The translations under genes were made by a program, and so were the position numbers. The notes under the pieces are model-generated. The model had not been told where the DNA came from. It did no database searches and saw only the letters and a program-made list of their open reading frames with translations. From Octopus sinensis (lineage: Eukaryota): 64,000 nucleotides of DNA. Positions within the stretch are counted from its first letter, which is position 1. Each line of letters opens with the position of its first letter. Of this stretch, positions 1 through 12,032 are shown in pieces. The stretch spans positions 16,244,001-16,308,000 of the forward strand of contig NC_043007.1 in assembly GCF_006345805.1 (NCBI RefSeq). Reading direction: 5' to 3'.

Positions 1-72
1 GTGTATATGCACGTGCGTGCATCTTTCTTTGTCCACACTCACCAATTGACAACGGTATCGATTTGCTTACAT

Positions 73-488
73 AGACGGCGAGCTGGCAGAAACGTTAGCA
101 CGCCGGGCGAGATGCTTAGCGGTATTTCGTCTGCCGTTACATTCTGAGTTCAAATTCCGCCGAGATTGACTTTGCTTTTCATCCTTTCGGGGTCGATAAA
201 TTAAGTACCAGTTACGCACTGGGGTCGATGTAATCGACTTAATCCGTTTGTCTGTCCTTGTTTGTCCCCTCTGTGTTTAGCCCCTTGTGGGTAATAAAGA
301 AATAGGTATTTCGTCTGCCGCTAGATTCTGAATTCAAATTCCGCCGAGGTCGACTTTGCCTTTCATCCTTTCGAGGTCGATTAAATAAGTACCAGTTACG
401 CACTGGGGTCGATATAATTGACTTAATCCGTTTGTCTGTTCTTGTTTGTCCTCTCTATGTTTAGCCCCTTGTGGGTAATAAAGAAATG
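73..488 (+). mobile_element. SINE family A (tRNA-derived), one head plus two 184-bp body units
   Basis: The head GGCGAGCTGGCAGAAACGTTAGC (A-box-like) is followed by GAGTTCAAATTCC (B-box-like). Units start at 121 and 305 with the junction GAAATA|GGTATTTC. Imperfect TSD GGTATCGATTTG(C/T)TTAC at 54-72 and 489-507. Confidence 0.85.
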
Positions 489-844
489 GGTATCGATTTG
501 TTTACGTCCATTAAATTAGCGGTTCGGTAAAAAAAAAAATAAAAGAACGACAGAATAAGTACCAAACTTTAAAAATTAATACGGTAAGGAGGCGGGGAAC
601 AATTTGTTCTGCCAAAACCCTTTAAGGCAGTGCCCCAGCATGGTCGCACTCCAATGACTGAAATGAGTAAACAATACATGATAAAAGATAAACGACTGCT
701 AGCGCCACCCAACGGCCGGAGGATGCAGTTGGAGGCTGCAGTTTCTCTTGGAAACTACCTAAAAGCTGACTGCAACAATTTATTTACTCCCATCAGCCTT
801 TGTTTTGAAGGATTTATTTATTGGGTACTAGTGCACTAATTGCG

Positions 845-1430
845 TCCCCAAAGTCCATCCCCTCCTCACCGTGGTGGGGACGCTGGCAACGGGTAGTGTC
901 AGAGCTATGCCGTCGGGAACTTCGGTTCCTGGTAGGGCCACCCAAGGCGGATTGGTCTGACACCGAGTGGTAGAAACGTTAGCATACTGAATGAAATGCT
1001 TAGCGGTATTTTGTCTGCGTTACGTTGTGAGTTCAAATTCCGCCGAGGTCGACTTTGCCTTTCATACTTTCGGGGTCGATAAATTAAGTACCAGTTACGC
1101 ACTGGGGTCGATGTAATCGACTTAATACCTATGTCTGTCCTTGTTTGTCCCTTCTGTGTTTAGCCCCTTGTGGGTAATAAAGAAATAGGTATTAGGGTCA
1201 CAACTCGGCAGACGGGGCTCTGGTGAAAAATCCTCGGAGTGTCCTGTTTCGGCAACCAGCGGCTCCTCGGTCGTTCTGTCGCTGCGTCTGCGGACAATCT
1301 GCGGCAAACAGGATGTCTCTACATGCGGGATTGTTGGGGACCGCTTGTGAAATCCACATATTCCCACGAAACTTCTTCCAAGGAAGAAGCCGACTCAACC
1401 CGCCCAGGGTGAATGCCGCCACAAGTACAA
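845..1430 (+). mobile_element. Probable 5' UTR relic of an RTE-clade LINE, interrupted by SINE-A
   Basis: GC-rich segment with the motifs CCTCCTCACCGTGGTGG, GAGCTATG..GTCGGG and CCTGGTAGGG..CCCAAGGC, which I recall from RTE/Expander 5' UTRs. Not confirmed by alignment. Confidence 0.4.
965..1187 (+). mobile_element. SINE family A, single unit
   Basis: Same body as 121-304. It ends in AATAAAGAAATA and is followed by GGTATT. Confidence 0.8.
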
Positions 1431-1769
1431 GCAAGTAGTAGTGCAGTAATTAGTAAACATCAGGTTGAATCCAGCAGTGTAGGCATGCGCACTATCTCCA
1501 GAGGCCACTGTTTTCGTCAAGATCCCTCGCTGAGATAGCATGAAGCTGCAAAGAACCCAGTTACTGTATGAAACTGCTGCGAGGCTCAGCAGGAGTCTAG
1601 GTAAGGGAGAGAAGCTGGGTACTGGCAAAGAGGTTTTACATGTTCAAGCAGTTTCCCCAATCACTGCAAAGGCGAACTACCAGCAGTGAGTGTAAAGCAA
1701 ATACTACTGCACCAGATGCGTCCCATCACCCTCTGTTAAAATATTTCAAATATGTACGTATGTATGTAT

Positions 1770-1806
1770 GTATGTATGTATGTATGTATGTATGTATGAA
1801 TGTATG

Positions 1807-1842
<36 letters not shown>

Positions 1843-2123
1843 TTTATATATATATATAATATATATCATATATATATATATACGTATATGTACATATATA
1901 ATATACGTATGTATGTATATAGTATGTATGTATGTATGTATGTATGTATTATGTATGTATGTATATGTGGGTAAAGGACGTCACGAAACGTGTACAACAA
2001 AAAATGCGAAGTACGAGTAGATGGAACATGAACTATTCTTTCGAACAACCAAAGACACAAATGGAAAACAAGACAGGCAACACAAACACACACGCACGCA
2101 CACACACACACACACACACACAC

Positions 2124-2204
<81 letters not shown>

Positions 2205-2301
2205 TATAGAATATATTATATATACATATATACATAATATATATAAGGAATCCCCATATTTTGGGTGGGGGGTTAAAATTTGATAGATAGATAGATAGAG
2301 A

Positions 2302-2334
<33 letters not shown>

Positions 2335-2371
2335 GAGACAGAGACAGAGACAGACAGACAGACAGACAGAC

Positions 2372-2422
<51 letters not shown>

Positions 2423-2503
2423 GACAGAGAGAGAGAGAGAGAAAGAGAGACAGAGACAGAGACAGACAGACAGACAGACAGACAGATAGATAGACAGACA
2501 GAC

Positions 2504-2553
<50 letters not shown>

Positions 2554-2664
2554 GATAAACACATAGACAGACAGGTAGACAGACACATACATACATACAT
2601 ACATACATACATACATACATACATACATACATACATACATGCATGCATACATACATACATACAT
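1770..2664. repeat. Compound microsatellite cluster (TATG, TA, CA, GATA, GA, GACA, CATA) with short unique spacers
   Basis: Directly visible tandem repeats. Confidence 0.9.
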
Positions 2665-3650
2665 AGACCCGAGCCATTAATGTGGAAACCCGATGTGAAA
2701 ACCCGAAGAATACCAACAACCATACATAATTTACGCATAAACAGTAACGAAAAGAAGGCGGCAGAGGCTTAACATCGATCCAAGATGCCTTTGCTTGTCG
2801 AATCATATCCCTTCAGCAGTGCCTTTTAACCACGAAGTGTCGATAGTAACATCGATCATCAAAGCAGTTTGTCATTGACCAATAGCTGGATTACTACCTC
2901 TCATTTTGAAGGGTATGCATTTGCAATCCAGGAACAGGAAATATGAACCAAGTACCTGATGCACAAAAGGGATAGAGAAGCAGGAAAAGCAGTAAAATGT
3001 GACAACCGATGTAGACTTCGTGGAGTTCATGCTGAAGAATATCCCCCCACATCATAAGCAGTTGTCATCACGGTATTATCCTCCGACGAGACATGATGTT
3101 GTAGCTAGGACACCCTATAATGAAATCCGTCGGGAGAATAACCCCGAGGACAAAGAAATAAGAACCCACAATATGGTAGAAGCCATAGCCACTCATAATA
3201 AATGGAAATACTCGTGGAATGTACCTGTGAAGACCTCAATAAAATGTAAGCACAACAAACCTGGTATAATGATTTGGGATAGACAAGAGAAACTATGCAC
3301 AGTTGTGGAAATTACCTTCCCAGCGGGTGTTAACATAAACCTGAAGATCAGTGAAAAAGAGAACACTTATGCTGAACTATTGAGAAATCTGCAGTTACTC
3401 TATCCAGGTTACAAGCTCAGGTGTATACCTGTAATTATTGGGGCTCTGGGAAATTTAACACATTTCCTAAATATCAATCTTGTGAAATTAGGCTTCTCAA
3501 AACCAGAAAGGGGAAAGCTAATTCGAAGACTACAGATCCAATCCATCACTGGAACTGTAAAAATATGTAAAACTCTCCAGATATATATGAGCATATCTGT
3601 ATATGCAACTATATGCATGAGAATACATACATAAAACATACAAATTTGGA
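2665..3650 (+). mobile_element. 5'-truncated, decayed R4/Dong-clade non-LTR retrotransposon (RT end, CCHC knuckle, restriction-like endonuclease)
   Basis: The frameshifted translation gives [33 protein letters not shown] and RHDVVA, then HNKP(G)IMIWDRQEKLCTVVEI..EKENTYAEL..IPVIIGALG. This is the RLE pattern typical of R4-clade C-termini, with the catalytic PD mutated to PG. Confidence 0.85.
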
Positions 3651-3785
3651 CATACATACATACATACATACATAAACACATACACACATACATACATACA
3701 TACATACATACCTACATACATACATACACACACACATACATACATACATACATGCATACATACATACATACAAACATACATACAT

Positions 3786-3816
<31 letters not shown>

Positions 3817-4414
3817 TACATACATACATACATACATGCATACATACATACATACATACAAACATACATACATACATACATACATGCATGCATACATACA
3901 TACATACATACATACATACATACCTACATACATACATACATACATACATGCACACATACACACATACATACATACATACATACATACATACACACACACA
4001 TACATACATACTACATACATACATACATACACACAAACATACATACATACATACATACATGCATACATGCATACATACATACATACATACATACATACAT
4101 ACATGCATACATACATACATACATACATACATACATGCATACATGCATACATACATACATACATACACACATACATACATACATACATTCATACATACAT
4201 ACATACACACATACACACACATACATACATACATACATACATACATACATACATACATACACACACACACATGCATACATACATACATGCGTACATACAT
4301 ACATACAAACATACATACATACATACATACATACATACATACATACAAACATACACACACACATACATACATACATACATACATACATACATACATACAT
4401 ACATACATACATAC
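3651..4414. repeat. Long (CATA)n microsatellite with CA/CATG interruptions
   Basis: Directly visible, about 760 bp. Confidence 0.95.
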
Positions 4415-4415
4415 A

Positions 4416-4559
4416 GAGACCCGAGCCATTAATGTGGAAAACCGATGTGAAAACTCGAAAAATACCAACAACCATACATAATTTACGCATAAACAGTAAC
4501 GTAGACAGCCTCTACCTAAAACAAAAAGAAGGCGGCAGAGGCTTAACATCGATCCAAGA
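4416..4559 (+). mobile_element. Second fragment of the same R4-type element (duplicate of its 5' end)
   Basis: Near-identical to 2666-2790. It encodes [38 protein letters not shown]. Confidence 0.85.
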
Positions 4560-5042
4560 GTATGTTCTGAGGACGATTTGGTTGCCATCTCCAGTAGATC
4601 TTACAGCTCACGCGTTTGCTCGGCATGTCATTGACACGTAATTGATTACACAAACGATGCAATGCTCCAACATCTAAGCTTAAACCCGAGTAAGCGAGAC
4701 ATGCATCAGGTCGTTGACCTATTTACTCTCGAACGTTCTCAATGGTATTTTTGTTTTCCTGAAACATGTTGCTTTCCTCTCCCAGGCACAGCTGGCTTTC
4801 CTTCTTGTGTCTCCTCCTACTGTACCTCGCCTCCTAAGCCTCTAATAACCATTCTACCCAATCCAAAGTCATTGACCCTCTCAGAATTCCCTTCAGCATG
4901 TATGTTTATTCCTGTCGTCATTCATTTGTCTTTATGGATTGCTAAATAGCTTTATTGTTCTGGCTGCTCTCCGAGGGCTTGCAATGATCATTTGAGCAGC
5001 TCATACATCAAACTAAGAACTCAGAACTAAAGATGTATCATA

Positions 5043-5092
<50 letters not shown>

Positions 5093-5316
5093 ATTCGTGT
5101 GTGTACCTGTGTTCATAAGTAAAACACGTCGCCTTACGTTGCTCTGCGATCACTTCGACACTTGACACCGTTGTACTTTAAGAGGCAAGATCTATTTGAT
5201 AGAGGGAGGTAACTGCTGCACAGCACAAACATTTGATCACTATAAATGAATCATTTGTGCAGCTCGTCCAGTGAGAGAATGCAGAAGTGTGTTTTTTCGG
5301 ATCAAGATACTATCTA

Positions 5317-6282
5317 ATTCTTTACTAACCGCAAGGGGCTAAACACAGAGAGGACAAACAAGGACAGACAAACGGATTAAGTCGATTACATCGACCCCAG
5401 TGTGTAACTGGTACTTAATTTATCGACCCCGAAAGGATGAAAGGCAAAGTCGACCTCGGCAGAATCTGAACTCAGAACGTAACGGCAGACGAAATACCTA
5501 TTTCTTTGCTGCCCACAAGTGGGTAAACACAGAGAGGACAAACAAGGACAGACAAACGGATTAAGTCGATTATATCGACCCCAGTGCGTAACTGGTACTT
5601 AATTTATCGACCCCGAAAGGATGAAAGGTAAAGTAGACCTCGGCGGAATTTGAACACAGAACGTAACGGCAGGCGAAATACCTATTTCTTTACTACCCAC
5701 AAGGGGCTAAACACAGAAGGGACAAACAAGGACAGACAAACGGATTAAGTCGATTACATCGACCCCAGTGCGTAACTGGTACTTAATTTATCGACCCCGA
5801 AAGGATGAAAGGTAAAGTAGACCTCGGCGGAATTTGAACACAGAACGTAACGGCAGACGAAATACCTATTTCTTTACTACCCACAAGGGGCTAAACACAG
5901 AAGGGACAAACAAGGACAGACAAACGGATTAAGTCGATTATATCGACCCAGTGCGTAACTGGTACTTAATTTATTGACTCCGAAAGGATGAAAGGCAAAG
6001 TAGACCTCGGCGGAATTTGAACACAGAACGTAACGGCAGACGAAATACCTATTTCTTTACTACCCACAAGGGGCTAAACACAGAAGGGACAAACAAGGAC
6101 AGACAAACGGATTAAGTCGATTACATCGACCCCAGTGCGTAACTGGTACTTAATTTATCGACCCTGAAAGGATGAAAGGCAAAGTCGACCTCGGCAGAAT
6201 TTGCACTCACAACGTTGCGACAGACGAAACACCGCTAAGCATTACGCCTGGCGTGCTAACGATTCCGCCAGCCCGCCGCCTT
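5317..6282 (-). mobile_element. SINE family A pentamer (five ~184-bp units, one head)
   Basis: The junction motif GAAATACCTATTTC recurs near 5497, 5681, 5865 and 6048. The single head is at about 6230-6282. Confidence 0.9.
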
Positions 6283-6757
6283 AACGCCTTAATAAATAAC
6301 ACAACTACAGTGGCGTGCAAATTGTGAATTTCCTTCTTAACTTAATCTACTTTGATTTATAATTTCCTGCACTTGTTGTCGAGACGGATCGTTGTTTTAA
6401 TAAGACTGCAGTTCACAAAAATATCCGGTAATTAAGTAGTGGACATGTTTTGATGTTTGCGAAATGTTTTGATTGAATTAAATTCAACTTTTTCTAAAAA
6501 AGAAAAAAATCAAAAGTGACATAATTCTTTCCAAGAAAATGACAAATGACTAAGATTTTGCTTCATCAGTAATTAAGTAATTACATCATTAAACAGTGTG
6601 TTTACAAGAGGTTAAATATCTATGTCATTTCCAGTGAAGCGAAGAATATTGGGGGCTTAGTGATGTATCTTCCATAATGGGGCATAAATATATCTGTATG
6701 TGTGTGTGTGTAATATGTATACACTCACACATACACACACACACATACATACATACA

Positions 6758-6789
<32 letters not shown>

Positions 6790-6982
6790 ATAATAATAAT
6801 AATAATGATAATAATAAAAATAATAATAATAATAATAGGGAGTATAACTCCAAACTTACAGGGAAAATTACAATTTAGTATTAAATCGAATTTCACAATA
6901 TAAATATATAATATATATAAACATCATACATACATACATACATACATATATACATACATACATACATACATACATACATACA

Positions 6983-7013
<31 letters not shown>

Positions 7014-7016
7014 TTA

Positions 7017-7232
7017 CGTGGAGGTACTGAAATGCTCCTGAGTCTGAGTTAAAAAAATACAAGAGAATCAGTTAATTATGATTCTATTCAACATATTCTC
7101 CTCTCAGGTTCACACATTTATTGCAGCGGTCCTTCAATTTTTCTAAGTCATGTAAAAGAACTCGAAAGGTGGGACCTCAAACAAGGCCTTTCGCAGTACT
7201 CTTAAAGCTAGGTACTCTTCACCATTCCTTTG
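7017..7232 (-). mobile_element. Mariner-derived MITE, diverged copy
   Basis: Similar along its length to 30260-30474, with decayed TIRs and TA at both ends. Confidence 0.6.
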
Positions 7233-7936
7233 TATACATATATATTTATATACAATTTAAAAATAGGATAAAATCTTTATAAGAATTTATCAAGAAGTTA
7301 GCGTGTAAAACGTCATAAGAGAAAAATTTATTTATACTATATTGATGGTATTACTATACATAAATACCACACGCTAGGAGGGACTCTTAAAGTCAAAACT
7401 ACCAAAATAAATAAATAAACTGTGTTTATTTATTTTGGTAGTTTTGACTTTAAAAGTCCCTCCAAGCATGTGGCATTTATGTATAAAATATATTTATATA
7501 TATACACACATAATATATATATATACATATATATATATATATGCATGTATATGTATATGTGCAGAGTAATTTCCGATCTCAGCGCGCCAAAGTGAAGGCA
7601 TTTAAAAGATACACTTAAATATAATTTGTAGAACTTTATACATACTGGATTTTGGTTGAGCGTTCTGTATCTAGTTCTGGAAATTATGTTTTGTAAACGA
7701 CAGACTATGCTGATGATCTTGCAGATATAGGCGTGTCCATAAACGTAAATATTAACAAGTGAAACCAAGGGTACATAGGTAATCTTTTTTTATTTCGTAC
7801 ATTTTCATTTGTCTTGCTTATTTTTGCATTTTGGTTCTTTTGCTGAGATTTTTCTTGAGAACACATTCTTCATGGTAATGGCGATTTGACGTCTATGTCT
7901 AGCATAAAGTGGTCATTCCTCTAAATTTTCTATGTA

Positions 7937-8338
7937 TACTCTTTTACTTGTTTCAGTCGTTTGACTGCGGCCATGCTGGAGCACCACCTTTTAGTCGAGC
8001 AACTCGACCCCGGGACTTATTCTTTTGTAAGCCCAGTACTTATTCTATCGGTCTGTTTTGCCGAACCGCTAAGTTACGGGGACGTAAACACACCACCATC
8101 GGTTGTCAAGCAATGCTAGGGGGACAAACACAGACACACAAACGTATACACACACACATACATATATATACATATATACGACGGGCTTCTTTCAGTTTCC
8201 GTCTACCAAATCCACTCACAAGGCTTTGGTCGGCCCGAAGCTATAGTAGAAGACACTTGCCCAAGGTGTCACGCAGTGGGACTGAACCCGGAACCATGTG
8301 GTTGGTAAACAAGCTACTTATCACACAGCCACTTCTAT
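7937..8338 (-). mobile_element. SINE family B (tRNA head, CORE-like motif, internal microsatellite, A-like 3' module)
   Basis: Matches the full copy at 27997-28513 in reverse orientation. Confidence 0.85.
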
Positions 8339-8404
8339 GTATGTATATATATATATATATATAATATATATATATATATAATATATTATATATATATATA
8401 TATA

Positions 8405-8672
8405 TATGAGGGGTGTTCATAAAGATTTCTCCTTAACCACTTCCCAAGGACTTGGCATTATTATTAGTCCTTCTCTATACAACCACGTGCAATGGTGACA
8501 CACTTCTCCCATCGCTTTATTCAGATATGAAGACCGCGTCTGTAGAAGTCGGTAGGTTGTGTCTAGAGCCTAGACTTAACCCCCGAAATCTGAAAATTGC
8601 TTCCACTTCAAAAAAGACTTTAGGGTTGGAAATGGCTGGAAGCCTGATGGTGCGTCGACTATAGCTGAGGTT
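8405..8672 (-). mobile_element. Mariner transposase 3' end with TIR
   Basis: The minus strand encodes APSGFQPFPTLKSFLKWKQF, which resembles the SPDLAPSDFHLFPxLK motif. It ends at TA-TGAGGGGTGTTCA, a TIR-like sequence. Confidence 0.6.
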
Positions 8673-8759
8673 GTGTATGAGTGTAAGTATGTATGTATGT
8701 ATGTATGTATGTATGTATGTATGTATGTATGTATGCATGTATGTATGTATGTATGTATG

Positions 8760-8791
<32 letters not shown>

Positions 8792-9120
8792 AAAACAGCA
8801 GTAGGACGGCATTGCATATCATTAGGACTGCTATTGCATATGCTGCTGGTGCAAACCTAAAAACATTACTAAATAGCCACATTTTCAAGTGTAACAATAG
8901 ACTTTGGAAACAGGAAAAGCGGTGCAGTCGGAGTTGGAATTGCAGGAGATGTTGCCAGCTTTTTTTCATAGTATGGTGGGACAACAGATTCAAACAAAAT
9001 CTAGCATCACATGATGTTTTACTTAGTAATGTACTCTCAGTGTATAGCTGACATCACTCTGGTCGTAACACTACGTGTAGCCAACTCTGTTTATAAAAGT
9101 ACAAATGTTAATGTTCCACT

Positions 9121-9653
9121 CGTACTTATTTTATCGACCCCGAAAGGATGAAAGGCAAAGTCGACCTCAGCGAAATTTGAACTTGGAATGTAAAGGATGA
9201 AATGCCGCTAAGCATTTTGCCCGGCATGCTAACGATTCTTATTTCTTTACTACCCACAAGGAGCTACACTCAGAGGGGACAAACGAGGACAGACAAGCGG
9301 ATTAAGTCGATTATATCGACCCCAGTGCGTAACTGGTACTTATTTAATCGACCCCGAAAGGATGAAAGGCAAAGTCGACCTCGGCGGAATTTGAACTCAG
9401 AACGTAGCAGCAGCCGAAATACCTATTTCTTTACTACCCACAAGGGGCTAAACACAGGGAGGACAAACGAGGACAGACAAGCGGATTAAGTCGATTATAT
9501 CGACCCCAGTGCGTAACTGGTACTTATTTAATCGACCCCGAAGGATGAAAGGTAAAGTCGACCTCGGCGGAATTTGAACTCAGAACATAGTGACAGACGA
9601 AATACCGCTAAGTATTTCACCCGGCGTGCTAACGTTTCTGCCAGCTCGCTGCC
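9121..9653 (-). mobile_element. SINE family A dimer nested in an older A-type copy
   Basis: Units start at 9240 and 9424 (184-bp period) and the head ends at 9653. A diverged A-type copy occupies 9121-9239. Confidence 0.85.
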
Positions 9654-10365
9654 TTTGTTAAGGGAAAATAATATTATTTAATAGATAAGATACCACATAT
9701 AAGGTGATTTAATGTAACTGAACTCTTCATTTCGATTGATTCCCTTGTGTTCTTCGTATCAATATTTATGGAATATATTCATTCAATTTTCTTCCAATGA
9801 AAAAGCAAGGATTATGTTTCTTTATAAGGAGATGGAATTTACAAAGCTTATTTTATGATGAAATTAATCGCTCGCTTAAATTTTACTGTATTATTAAATG
9901 TCACGTAATTATCGCTTTTAAGTTTTACACCGCATACAAACAAACGCTATTAATTCGATAATTTCAGTTAACGATTGCAAGTCCAAAGAAAACGATTATG
10001 TTCAGATAACAAAAATTAGCAAACGGATAATAACTGGTTGGCAGCAATTAATAAAATAATCCACAAAATGCATTATTTGCAGAGTTGTCTTTAAAGATGA
10101 TTATGTGGGTGTTTTAACCGTAAAACAGTGTAAACATTATCATGACCGCAAATCTAAAATCACTAGATCAACTTCGACCACTGTGATACAGAAACATTAT
10201 GCAAAAGCAGATTCTGAAGAAGATAGCGCAATAGCAACACATTTGTCCTTGATGTTGCACAATGAGAGTGAACCCGAAACCCGAACCCACGTTGCTGGAA
10301 AGCAAGATTCCTAACTACACAACCATGATCCTGATTGACTGGAATTTGAAATTAAATTCAAAAAC

Positions 10366-10684
10366 GGTAAGTAGCTTGTCTGCGAACCACATGGTTCCGG
10401 ATTCAGTCCCACTGCGTGGCACCTTGGGCAAGTGTCGAGAAAGTGTCTTCAACTATAGCCTCGGGCCGACCAAAGCCTCGTGAGTGGATTTGGTAGGCGG
10501 AAACTGAAAGAAGCCCGTCATATATTTGTATATATATATACATATATACAACAGGCTTCCTTCAGTTTCCGTCTACCAAATCCACTCACGAGGCTTTGGT
10601 CGGCCCGAGGCTAGAGTAGAAGACACTTGCCCAAGGTGACACGCTGTGGGACTGAACCCGGAACCATGTGGTTGGTAAGCAAAA
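10366..10684. mobile_element. Two SINE-B 5' halves in inverted orientation
   Basis: 10366-10520 (+) and 10551-10684 (-) are reverse complements separated by about 30 bp of TA-rich sequence. Confidence 0.85.
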
Positions 10685-11081
10685 TCGAAAATATGAACTG
10701 GTAAATAAAGAGCTAATAAAGGGTTATAATGGGTAGAAAGCATAAATAAATAGAAAATAAAAAATAAATAAACGGGAACTTGTATTTATGAATTAAAAAT
10801 TAAGGGAAAAGGGGTCAGTGGTCGGTCAAGCGTGAAAATGAAATGGAAGGTATTGAAACGGTTAATTAAAGATACTAATTAGAGTAAAGGGTCGGAAAGT
10901 TTTATTCTTCAAAAATGTTGGTGTTACAAACGATCTTTTATCTTCTAGTGGTTTCAGCTATAGTTCGAGGCCATGCTGGAGCAGACAAATTTTCTAATGG
11001 AACTTTGTTTCAACACATGCAACAGCAACATGAGCCTAAGCTAGGATTCTAAGAATTACATACAATTTAGATTAACCTGTA

Positions 11082-11385
11082 GTGGAGGCACATGGCCAAG
11101 TGGTTAGAGCAGCGGACTCGCGGTCGAGGGATCGCCGGTTCGAATTTCAGCCCGGGCGATGTGTGTGTTTATGAGCGAAACACCTAAGCTCCACACGGCT
11201 CCGGCAGAAGGTAATGGCGAACTTCTGCTGACTTTTTCGCCACAACTTTCTCTCACTCTTTCCTCCTGCATCTTGCAGCTCACCTGCGACGGACCGGCGT
11301 CCCGTCCAGGTGAGGAATCTATACGCCAAGGAAACCGGGAAACCGGCCCTAATGAGCCAGGCGTGGCTCGACAAGGAACAAACAA
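11082..11385 (+). mobile_element. SINE family C head with V-domain-like tail
   Basis: A-box TGGCCAAGTGG and B-box GGTTCGAATTT. The tail contains CCTGCGACGGACCGGCGTCCCGTCCAGG. TSD ATTA(A/G)CCTGTA at 11071-11081 and 11386-11396. Confidence 0.8.
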
Positions 11386-11591
11386 ATTAGCCTGTACCGT
11401 TATTTTATCCGTGTTGCCGATTTTAAAGAATTGTGACATTGCATACAAAATTTCTTCGCTTATTTGGGTTTTTAAAATTTTTTTTCTGTTGTATAGTTAT
11501 TGGTCATTTTAAAATTTATCTTTGGCTAACTTCACTACTACAAAAACAGAGAAAAAGAACAGAGCAATTCAATGAATTGTAGTTTTATATT

Positions 11592-11978
11592 GGATGGAAG
11601 CACTCCGTCGGTTACGACGAGGAGGGTTCCGGTTGATCCGATCAACAGAACAGCCTGCTCGTGAAATTAACGTGTAAGTGGCTGAGCACTCCACAGACAC
11701 GTGTACCCTTAACGTAGTTCTCGGGGATATTCAGCGTGACACAGAGTGGGACAAGGCCGGCCCTTTGAAATACAGGTACAACAGAAACAGGAAGTAAGAG
11801 TGAGAGAAAGTTGTGGTGAAAGAGTACAGCAGGGATCACCACCACCCCCTGCCAGAGCCTCGTGAAGCTTTAGGTGTTTTCGCTCAATAAACACTCACAA
11901 CACCCGGTCTGGGAATCGAAACCGCGATCCTACGACCGCGAGTCCGCTGCCCTAACCACTGGGCCATTGCGCCTCCAC
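11592..11978 (-). mobile_element. SINE family C, full length, main tail
   Basis: The tRNA-like head is at the right end. TSD AGTTTTATATT at 11581-11591 and 11979-11989. Confidence 0.9.
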
Positions 11979-11997
11979 AGTTTTATATTAACATCAA

Positions 11998-12032
<35 letters not shown>

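Noticed and set aside
2999-3634. 211-aa ORF as a host gene
   Set aside because: It is the endonuclease end of a retrotransposon, with upstream stops and frameshifts and a mutated PD motif.
1640-4641. Long ORFs such as MYVCMYVC..., HTYIHTYI... and YIYIYI... (also at 12356-12886, 22330-22835, 41354-42040, 47592-47918, 50601-51329 and elsewhere)
   Set aside because: They are translations of stop-free microsatellites with no coding signal.
5317-6282. Regular ~184-bp array as a CRISPR array or hammerhead retrozyme
   Set aside because: There are no unique spacers and no cas genes, and the context is eukaryotic. I found no CUGANGA...GAAA core on either strand of the unit.
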